Positions 1 through 8,400 of a stretch of DNA of 64,000 nt are shown piece after piece. Both the position numbers and the translations under genes were made by a program. Position 1 is the stretch's first letter. The number at the start of each line of letters is the position of its first letter. The notes beneath the pieces are model-generated. The model was not told the DNA's origin, did not search any database, and saw only the letters and a program-made list of their open reading frames with translations. Source of the stretch: Pirellulales bacterium (GTDB lineage: Bacteria; Planctomycetota; Planctomycetia; Pirellulales; JBBDJB01); NCBI GenBank assembly GCA_040880125.1, contig JBBDJB010000029.1, positions 12,188 to 76,187 on the forward strand. Reading direction: 5' to 3'.

Positions 1-167
1 GCACGAGCGACCGTGTTTGGGTTGACGGCCAATTCCTTGGCCAGTTCCCGCACGCTCGGGATGAGGTCCCCGGTTGCGATAGCGCCGGCAGCGACGGAAA
101 ACATCACCTGCCGAGCGATCTGGTCGTAGACGGGTACGCCGTTGACGGCGTTAACCTGGATGAACAC
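1..167 (-). CDS. GntR-family (YtrA subfamily) transcriptional regulator, runs off the left edge
   Basis: Not in the ORF track. Manual translation from GTG at 167 gives MFIQVNAVNGVPVYDQIARQVMFSVAAGAIATGDLIPSVRELAKELAVNPNTVARA, with the GntR wHTH signature PSVRELA..L.VNPNTV.RA. GAGGAAG SD upstream. Confidence 0.92.
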   Translation of the reverse strand, partial: MFIQVNAVNGVPVYDQIARQVMFSVAAGAIATGDLIPSVRELAKELAVNPNTVAR

Positions 168-188
168 GGCTTCCTCGCTGACAGCGAA

Positions 189-216
189 CTACTGTGCTAC
201 TACGACAGTACAGTAG
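189..216. promoter_or_regulatory. YtrA-type operator (long inverted repeat)
   Basis: CTACTGTGCT-N8-AGTACAGTAG, 9/10 inverted match. Core TGTGCT...AGTACA resembles YtrA-family TGTAC...GTACA boxes. It overlaps the -10 of the gntR promoter. Confidence 0.75.
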
Positions 217-238
217 CGAGTAAGCGTCAGCCTGTCAA
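210..238 (-). promoter_or_regulatory. sigma70-type promoter of the gntR gene
   Basis: Minus strand TTGACA (238-233) - N17 - TACTGT (215-210). Confidence 0.65.
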
Positions 239-458
239 TGAAAATCTGGGCTCAAGCCTAGCGGGAGACCTTGAGCCTTCGCCAGCTGCCACACCGGCAA
301 CAGGTTAGATCATGGCAATCGCCGCCGATGGCGACAACGACCCGAGGTCATGGCCTGCTATCGACATGCAATCGAGGGCTGCCACCGGGACGAATGAGTC
401 GGCTTTCTCGCGGAGCGGGACCGGAGTGTAGCTGCGCCGCGTCTCAGGAAGTGGCGAA

Positions 459-487
459 TTGCCCGTCTTCTAGGGAATGAATAGAAT
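459..487 (+). promoter_or_regulatory. sigma70-type promoter of the ABC exporter/condensation-enzyme unit
   Basis: TTGCCC (459-464) - N17 - TAGAAT (482-487), about 40 nt before ATG 530. Confidence 0.55.
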
Positions 488-529
488 CGAGACGTCTATT
501 CTATTCCCCCGAGCCAGTTCTTCCGCCCC

Positions 530-2419
530 ATGAATGAGCGATTTCCGTCGAGCCGCGAGCAATTCCAGCGAGTCCGCGCGGAACTTCACCACAGCAGCGG
601 GCGGCCGCAGGACGGGGGCCACAAACGACGCGATCGCTCGGCCGGCGCGCTGGTACGGAGCTTTGTAGGCCTATTACGTGGGCAGTATCTCTCGCTCGCA
701 CTGGCGCTGGGGACGCTCACGGTGGCGACGATCTTGGCGCTCGTGCCTCCGGCGGCGACGAAGTTGATCGTCGACTACGTGCTGGGGGATAAGCCTCTGC
801 CAAGCGCCGTGCCGGCTTGGGTGCCGCGCGATCCCTGGCCGTTGCTGCTAGCCGTGGCAGCCACGGTGCTTGTCATTTCGATATTGAAGATAGGAATCCA
901 GATCTGGGGTCGCTGGCACGCGACGCGAATCACGAAACTGTTGCAGATGTCGGTCCGCAAAAAGGTGTTCGCCCACGTCATGCGGTTGCCGCTGCATCGG
1001 ATTCAAGAGCTTAAGTCGGGCGGAGCGGCCAGTATCCTACGTCAGGACGCCGGCAGTGTGGGCGATCTGGTGTTCGGCATGCTCTACAACCCATGGCGGG
1101 CTGTTATCCAGTTGGTCGGCAGCTTCTGCATCCTGGCATGGGTCGATTGGCGGCTGTTGGTCGGAGCGCTGGCAGCCATGCCGATGGTCTACCTGTCGCA
1201 TCGCACTTGGATCTCCCGTATTCGGCCACAGTTTCGGCGGATTCGGTCCGAACGGGAAAGGGTCGACTCGCTCGCCACCGAGGCTTTTGGCGGCATGCGG
1301 GTCGTGCGGGCGTTCGGGCGGCAGCGGGCCGAGACGAGCCGGATCATGCGCGGCAACCATCTCATGGGACGGCAAGAGTTGTACGCGTGGCGGTGGATGC
1401 GAGGCATCGAACTCCTCTGGGAAACGCTGATGCCCTTGGCGGGCGCGGGGCTACTGATCTACGGCGGTTGGCAAGTGATCCAGGGCGCCCTATCACTGGG
1501 CGACCTGGTGATGTTTTTGGCCTACCTGGCGATGTTGCTTGGACCGCTGGGAGTCCTCGCGCAAAGCGCCGCGGAATTTCAGAATGGACTGTCGGGGCTC
1601 GATCGGATTCTCGATCTTCTCGAAGAGCCGCGCGAGATGGAGTCGCAAGCGGCCGTCACGATAAATCGTGCCGGCGTAGCTGGCGGAGTGACGTTTGAGA
1701 ACGTGTCATTCAGCTATCCCGGTTCTAGCACATTTGCATTGGAAGAGATTTCGCTTGACGTGAGGCCAGGCGAAACGATCGCACTGGTCGGCCCGAGTGG
1801 CGGCGGCAAGACGACGCTCTGCAATCTCGTGGCGCGGTTCTACGATCCGACGAGCGGGCGGATTCTACTAGACGGGCGAGACCTGTGCGGCATCGACGTC
1901 GAAGGCTACCGCAATCTGCTGGGAATCGTCGAGCAGGATGTATTTCTGTTCGACGGCACGGTTGGGACAAACATCTCCTACGGGCTCCGGCATTCCACGA
2001 AGGCTCAGATCCGTGAAGCAGCCGTCGCAGCCAATGCCGATAAATTTATCGACGCCTTACCCAGGGGTTATAACACGTTGATCGGCGAACGAGGGGTAAA
2101 GCTTAGCGGCGGCCAGCGGCAGCGGATTGCAATCGCCCGAGCCGTGCTCGCCGACCCGCGCATCTTGATCCTCGATGAGGCCACCAGCAATCTCGACACC
2201 GAGAGCGAACGTACGATTCAAGCAAGCTTGACGGAGTTGATGGAAAACCGCACATGCTTCGTGATCGCGCACCGCTTGAGTACGATCGCTCATGCGGACC
2301 GGATCGTCGTCTTGGAGGAGGGGCGGATCACAGAAGTCGGGGGCCACCAGACCTTGATGGCGACCGACGGCCGCTACCGAGAGATGGTGTTGCTGCAAAC
2401 CCGCCCGGCCGAGGTTTAG
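530..2419 (+). CDS. ABC exporter, fused permease + ATPase (MsbA/MdlB-like half transporter)
   Basis: N-terminal TM bundle; Walker A GPSGGGKT, signature LSGGQRQR, Walker B ILILDEAT, H-loop IAHRLST. Confidence 0.95.
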   Translation: MNERFPSSREQFQRVRAELHHSSGRPQDGGHKRRDRSAGALVRSFVGLLRGQYLSLALALGTLTVATILALVPPAATKLIVDYVLGDKPLPSAVPAWVPRDPWPLLLAVAATVLVISILKIGIQIWGRWHATRITKLLQMSVRKKVFAHVMRLPLHRIQELKSGGAASILRQDAGSVGDLVFGMLYNPWRAVIQLVGSFCILAWVDWRLLVGALAAMPMVYLSHRTWISRIRPQFRRIRSERERVDSLATEAFGGMRVVRAFGRQRAETSRIMRGNHLMGRQELYAWRWMRGIELLWETLMPLAGAGLLIYGGWQVIQGALSLGDLVMFLAYLAMLLGPLGVLAQSAAEFQNGLSGLDRILDLLEEPREMESQAAVTINRAGVAGGVTFENVSFSYPGSSTFALEEISLDVRPGETIALVGPSGGGKTTLCNLVARFYDPTSGRILLDGRDLCGIDVEGYRNLLGIVEQDVFLFDGTVGTNISYGLRHSTKAQIREAAVAANADKFIDALPRGYNTLIGERGVKLSGGQRQRIAIARAVLADPRILILDEATSNLDTESERTIQASLTELMENRTCFVIAHRLSTIAHADRIVVLEEGRITEVGGHQTLMATDGRYREMVLLQTRPAEV

Positions 2420-2456
2420 CCCTCCCGTAATCGCACCTCGTTTAACACCCGGACAA

Positions 2457-3881
2457 ATGCCCCCACCAATGTCGTCTCCGTGCCCAAAGGCGTCCGAATT
2501 GAGTCCCGACGCAGAGCCCGAGGCCGTGTTTCCGCTCCCGTTGACGCCGTTCGAACGGTACTACCAACTGGATGACTCTCGCGAGTATCCCACGACTTTT
2601 CCGGTTGAGATTCGCTTCTCGGGAACGCTCGACCGCCAACACTTTGATTCCGCACTTGATTCCTCCGTACGCCGCCATCCGCTGTTGCGGGCGCGCATCG
2701 ACATCAGCTCCGGCAAACCGCGTTGGGTGCCTGTCGAGCGGACTGAGCCGGAGGTGGACTGGGATGACGAACAAGCGCCGATCATGCACGCTGGCGGAGA
2801 ATTCATCGACCTGGCCTCCGAGCCGGGGCTACGCACCTGGGTTCGCTCGGCGCCGGACCGGGCACGGGTACTGTTTCAGTTTCACCACGCTTGCTGCGAC
2901 GGACTTGCTGCGCTGGAGTTTGTAAAGGACTTTCTGGCATTGTACAAGGCTGCCAGAAGCGAGATGCCCGCGGGTTCGGAGCGAGGCGAGCCGGAATACG
3001 CGTTGCTGCTGCGACGCGGCGATTTCGTCCCCAGGCCGGCGTCGAGGCCATCGCTTGCGGTCACCCTTCGCGACACGTGGTATACGATCAAGGTCTGGTC
3101 GTGGATTCTAATCAAGAAGCCAGTTGTGTTAGCGAGTGGAGAAACAGCCCCGGTGACCGAACGCACGGAAGAGATCCTCGCCTTTGCCACCTCGACATTC
3201 TCGCAAGACGAGTCGCAGACGCTGCGCGAGCGGGCCGCTTCGTTGGGTGCACCTGTCAACGATCTGCTGCTGCGGGACTGGCTGCTCGTGCTGCGCCGCT
3301 GGAATCAGCAGCACTCTGGCACCGGCCGGGGAAGGTTTCGCATCAACGTGCCGGTTAGTGTGCGAACGCGCGACGAAGTGCGGATGCCGGCGGCCAATCG
3401 CATTGGCTACGCATTCGTCACGGACGAGGGCACGGCGGCCGACGACGCCGGATTGCTCGATGTCGTTCTCGAAGAAACGCGGCGGATTAAGCAGTGGAAG
3501 CTGGCACTGTACTTTCTCGGCGGGCTGGCCCTGGCCGGCAAATTTCCGTCGGTCATTCGCTGGGCCCTGCGGCGAAATGCGTCGCTCGCCACTGCTGTGT
3601 TGAGTAACGTCGGCCGCTTCTCGCCCGCAAGGTCGGTCAGGCGAGGGCAGAAGTGGACGTGCGGCGACCTCGTGCTAGAGCGCGTGTGTGGGGCGCCCCC
3701 AATTCGCAAACTGACGCGAGCGGCGATGATCGTTATCGAATATGCCGGCCAGACGACGTTCTGCCTGCGCTGCGATCCTCACTTCTTCAGCGCCGAACAG
3801 ACGCGTGCGCTGCTCGACGCGTACGTGGCGCAGATCAGCCAAACGGTAGATGGCAACAGCGAACCAGACCCCCAGGCGTGA
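2457..3881 (+). CDS. Stand-alone condensation-domain / CoA-dependent acyltransferase (PapA5/C-domain fold)
   Basis: Catalytic HHxxxDG (FHHACCDG), RHPLLRA, VPVSVR and C-terminal LSNVG motifs of the CAT-fold acyltransferases. Confidence 0.85.
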   Translation: MPPPMSSPCPKASELSPDAEPEAVFPLPLTPFERYYQLDDSREYPTTFPVEIRFSGTLDRQHFDSALDSSVRRHPLLRARIDISSGKPRWVPVERTEPEVDWDDEQAPIMHAGGEFIDLASEPGLRTWVRSAPDRARVLFQFHHACCDGLAALEFVKDFLALYKAARSEMPAGSERGEPEYALLLRRGDFVPRPASRPSLAVTLRDTWYTIKVWSWILIKKPVVLASGETAPVTERTEEILAFATSTFSQDESQTLRERAASLGAPVNDLLLRDWLLVLRRWNQQHSGTGRGRFRINVPVSVRTRDEVRMPAANRIGYAFVTDEGTAADDAGLLDVVLEETRRIKQWKLALYFLGGLALAGKFPSVIRWALRRNASLATAVLSNVGRFSPARSVRRGQKWTCGDLVLERVCGAPPIRKLTRAAMIVIEYAGQTTFCLRCDPHFFSAEQTRALLDAYVAQISQTVDGNSEPDPQA

Positions 3882-3890
3882 GCAGCCGTT

Positions 3891-4655
3891 TCACGCGTGT
3901 ACCGCGGCTCCGCCGTCGACTGTCAGCGTTTCACCCTGCACCAAGTCCGACAGGGCGCTGGACAAGAACAGTACACAATTTGCCACGTCGTCGGCGGTTA
4001 AGAAACGATCGCCGGTCATGCTTCGTAGCTTGCGCGAGGCGAATAATTGGTCGGCATAGGGGATGCGCCGGGTCGAGTCGGTCTCGACGAGGCCGGCCTT
4101 CACGATGTTGAGGTTTATGTCCTTGTCTCCCAACTCCAAGGCGAAATGCCGGATAAAGCTTTCCAGGGCAGCTTTCGAGCCCCCGACCGCGCCATACATC
4201 GGCAGCGCCATGTGCGAGCCGTGGCTGGAAATCGCCACAACCTTCGACCGTCCTTCGGCCCGCTGGAACAATCGCACGCTGGCTTGCACCAGGTGGATCA
4301 ACGCCATCACGTTCGTCTTCATCGTCGACTCAAAGTTCCTCTGCGTGATGGCCAGCATCGGCCGGAAGCCTCCGGTCGCGGCGTTGCTCACCAGGATATC
4401 AAGCTTGCCGAACTTCTCGTCGACGAACTCCATCATGGCGTCGATGTCATCCCGCTCGCTGATGTCCGCCTTGACGACCGCCGCATTGCGTCCCATCGCA
4501 GCGATACGCTCGGCGACTTCGTCGGCGGCCGCCTGCGAAGTGACGTAGTTGATAATCACGTCGGCGCCGGCTTCTGCCAGCCGCAACGCACAAGCACGGC
4601 CGATGCCACGAGATCCGCCAGTGACCAGGGCTTTGCGTCCACTCAAGTCGATCAT
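3891..4655 (-). CDS. Enoyl-ACP reductase, FabL-like SDR
   Basis: TGGSRGIG, NAATGGFRP and Y-x6-K (YGAVGGSK) spacing of FabI/FabL enoyl reductases, followed by AALES. Start moved to ATG 4655 (MIDLSGRK). Confidence 0.8.
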   Translation of the reverse strand: MIDLSGRKALVTGGSRGIGRACALRLAEAGADVIINYVTSQAAADEVAERIAAMGRNAAVVKADISERDDIDAMMEFVDEKFGKLDILVSNAATGGFRPMLAITQRNFESTMKTNVMALIHLVQASVRLFQRAEGRSKVVAISSHGSHMALPMYGAVGGSKAALESFIRHFALELGDKDINLNIVKAGLVETDSTRRIPYADQLFASRKLRSMTGDRFLTADDVANCVLFLSSALSDLVQGETLTVDGGAAVHA

Positions 4656-4712
4656 GCTCGTGTCTCTCGCTCGCAAAATATTAACGTAATAGATCCGAGA
4701 TATACGGGAGTC

Positions 4713-5438
4713 TCACGCCGAAGCCGCCATCAAGGGCTGAGAGCTCGCCGCGGCGCATTGGCTTGACATGCCCACCAAATCGGCCAGTGCCGCGAAGTGT
4801 CCGTCGATACGCCAGCTTTCGAGTCTCCGCACCGCCGCCGGGTCGAGGCCCGGATAGCGCGGCTCGCGCCCGGGCACAACTTCGATTCGCCCGGGGGTAA
4901 AGCCCTCGCCACACTGGGCAGCCTTGTACAAGGCCTCCTTCAGCGCCCAAATCTGTTCGACGGTTCGCAAGTGTGCCGGGCTGCTCGCCAGCCACTGCCG
5001 CTCGCGCGGGGAGAGGCTCCACTGCAGGCTCCGCACCATGACATCACCCCGGCAGACCAGGTCGACACCCAGTCTCTGCTCGGCGTCTCGCCCAAGCGCC
5101 ACCAGCACGCCCCGCGATGTGTGCGCAATCGACATCCCGACGTCTACCTTGCAGTCAGTGACATAAACAACCGGACGCTCGCCGTGTCCGAGCGTGGTCG
5201 AGCGCGTTTCGATATGAATCTCATTGGGCGTAATCTCATGTCTGCCCATTTCGTCCAGTAGCGGCAGGAGCATCCGCTTGGCCAGCACCCGGCCGCTCAC
5301 CCAGGTCAGGCGTCGCGTTTCGCAGTGCATGCGGTCACGAGCCCGGCGTTCATCGAGCGAGAGCCATCGCTCGGCCAATTGCGCGCCGTCGTCCGCAAGC
5401 TCGGATAGCCGTGCATATTGGCAGCGGATGCGCGCCAC
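4713..5438 (-). CDS. 4'-phosphopantetheinyl transferase (Sfp/HetI-type)
   Basis: SIAHT, LGVDL and WALKEALYKA motifs. Start placed at GTG 5438, just after the PKS stop, with a GGAG SD; the longer ORF overlaps the PKS. Confidence 0.88.
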   Translation of the reverse strand: MARIRCQYARLSELADDGAQLAERWLSLDERRARDRMHCETRRLTWVSGRVLAKRMLLPLLDEMGRHEITPNEIHIETRSTTLGHGERPVVYVTDCKVDVGMSIAHTSRGVLVALGRDAEQRLGVDLVCRGDVMVRSLQWSLSPRERQWLASSPAHLRTVEQIWALKEALYKAAQCGEGFTPGRIEVVPGREPRYPGLDPAAVRRLESWRIDGHFAALADLVGMSSQCAAASSQPLMAASA

Positions 5439-5440
5439 GC

Positions 5441-8400
5441 CTATCTCCCTCCCGCGCCGACGCGAATCGTGCGGTAGCCGTCGACCTGCAACAGCGGCTG
5501 CTCGTCTTCGCCGAACAATGTGAAGTCGAAGCGGCTGTGTCGCTCGCCGCGCTCGCGGAAAAAAAGACGTAGGATGCAGGTCGCTCCGGCGCGGGGCATG
5601 CGTGCCAGCCGCAGGTGCTCGAACGCGTAAGGCACCTCCAGCACGCCGCCGAACTGCAAGTACAGGAAGCTGCCGCAGGCGACGACGCAGGCGTCGAGCA
5701 CCGCCGGCGACGTTATCCAGTCGGTATCGCCGCGCGGCCCGGCCAGTTCGGACAGCGGCGGAGCGATGATCTTGCCCCAGCCGCCGTCGTATTGGTAGGC
5801 ACACTCTTTCAGGCATCGTAGCGGATCGCCATGAAAGAGCAGCCCTTCGTCCGGATAAGCGTGTGGAAACCATCCCAGCGGAGGCCGGCCGGGTGCATCG
5901 GCATGAATCGGCGAGCCGTCCGCCGTTGTGGGTATGAATCCCTCGACATGCAGCCGGGCCGGATCAATCATGCGGCCTTTGCGGTCGCGCTGCTCGGTCA
6001 GTAAGCGGCAGGCGAGGCCTCCTTCGACCGGGGCCACTTCGACACGCGCCCTGATCGGGCTATCGGTCGGAAAGAGCATGCCGTTTTCGATCCTCACGTT
6101 GCGCAGTTCGGATACTGCCCGTCTGTCCAGTGCACAAGACGCCGCTTCTGCCAGCGACTCCAGCCCGACTACGCCCGGCAGGAATGGCCGACTCTTGAGG
6201 CGGTGCTGGCTCAGAAAGGGATCGCCGAGTGGATCGAAGGCAATATCAGCGATGCCCCCACCGCCTTCGGAGGCGTGCCATGCGGCCACCAGCGGCGGAG
6301 TGCCGGAGTCTTTCTCCGAAACCTCTGCGGACGGGGCGTCGTTGCCGGTGGTAATCTCAACCTCGTAGGGATAGAACCGCCGCTGAAAGAAGCCATCGGT
6401 CACCAGCACTTCGCTGCGGGGAGTGCCGGCCCTCAACTCGTCGATTAAATGGGCCACGCCCTCGGCCGGCGAAATGAAGTCCATCTTGAAGGCGTTCTTG
6501 GTGATTCCTACGCCGTCTGCCAGCAGGGCCATGCCGACCGCGTCCCAGGTTTGCCAATGGAAACAGACGCTGTGGCATTCGGGCCGTCGGGTGCGAAACC
6601 AGCCGCAGAGCTTGGCCAGCATGTCATTGGCCGCGGCGTAGTCGCTCAGCCCGTTGCCGCCGAAGCGGCCGCTCAATGAGCCGAAGCCGACGAAGTAGCG
6701 GAGCGGATCGCCGCTGGTCAGGTGCATCAATGCGAGCGTGCCGCTGACCTTAGGGTCAATCGTGTCGCGCAGCTTGGCGGCCGCGCCGGTGCCAAAGCGA
6801 AAGCTCTTGGCGTAGCCGGCTCCGTGAATGATGCCTTCGATGGCGCCGTCCAGTTCGCGAATGGTCGTCAGCACGCGACCCAGATCGTCCCAGTCGGCCA
6901 CGTCGCAGACGTGATAAGTGGCCTCGACGCCGGCCTGGGCGAACCGGTCGAGCGATTGTTGGATTTCGCGGTCTTTGCGAACCCGGTCCCAGTCGTCGGT
7001 GGGCGATCGCCCTTCCAGCGTCGCCTTTCGCACGATCTCCGACTTGATCGCCTTGAGTTGTTCCTCAGTGCAGTTCTGCCACGGTGTATTCGGTTCCGGT
7101 GCGGGGCTCTTGCCGAGCAGATGCAGCTTGAGTCCATAGCGGCGACCGATCTCCAAGGCAGTTTCGGCCGTGATGCCGCGAGCCCCACCCGTGATGACCC
7201 ACACCCCGCCGCGCGGCAGTTCGCCCACCGGCAGCGCTTCGACCGGCTCGCGCTTTACCCGGACGACCTGGCGGCGGCCTCCGACATATGCAATTTCCAC
7301 CTCGGGCACGTCGGCGGTCAATTCTGCGCACACGGCCTCGGCCAACTCCGCCGGCGGCTCATCGGCCGGGGCATCAATTACCCTCACGTGAAAACGCGCG
7401 TGGTCGTAGCGGTCGTCCTCGACGAAGATCGACTTCAGCAGCCCCGTCAGGGCGCCGCCTTCGGGATTCGGCACGCCGGCATTGAAGCCGAAATCGCCGC
7501 CGAGGGAAATCAGGGCTACCAGTGTCGCCTGGCCTGCTTCCGGAGTCTTGCTAACGAGCTGAAACCACTTCCGCGTCACCCAGTAGGGCAGATAAACACC
7601 GCGCTCGATCCGCGCGGCCGCGGTTGAACAATCGTTCCACGCTTCGCTCGCCACATCGCGGGACGTGGCCAAAACGAGACATCGGGCCGGCGAATGTTCG
7701 AACGCCCGCTCCAACTCGGCACAGGTCGCTTCGGCGTCCGCGCCGGAGGGCAGCCGGTGTACTTGAACGCCGCGGGCAGCGAGGGTGGCGGCAAGCGACT
7801 CGGCATCGGGGTTGTCGCCCAACAAGAACGCTGACCCGGGCAGCGCTCGGGCGGGCGTGGACGCTGCCAACGGTGCGTCGAGCATGTGCATCGTCATGCG
7901 ATCGGCAACTCGCGACGCCGGCGATGCTAGCGAAGGGGATTCCGATGGTTGCGGCACTGCTGTGCCGGGGGCTCCCAACAGATCGTCGCGCTTGGCCACC
8001 TCATCGTAATTGTCCGCGTAGTACCGCTGGTGGTATTCCCAGTCGGTGACGAGCACCTCGGTGGCAGCCGGACGCGTGTACAACTCGCGGAGCAGGTGTC
8101 GCACGCCCGTCCGCTCGGGCATCAGCCGCAGGTTGCTGGCCTTGAGTATGGCCTCCGTGTCGGGTCGCGAGGCCATGCCCACCGCGTCCCAGGGGTGAAA
8201 GTGAATGCCGATCGCATGGACGTCGGGTCGCCAGCCGCGGTACCAGCCGGTGAGCTTGCAAAGCATATCGCTGGCGGCGGCGTAATCGGTCTGGCCATTG
8301 CTCCCCAGCCGGCCACTGATCGAGCCAAAGCCGATAAAATGACGTACCGGATCATCACGGGTCAGGTGCATGAGGTTGTAGGCGCCTAAAACCTTGCTGC

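Noticed and set aside
5439-5873. N-terminal extension of the PPTase ORF overlapping the PKS
   Set aside because: Arg-rich alternate-frame read of the PKS DH domain; a GTG with SD lies right after the PKS stop.
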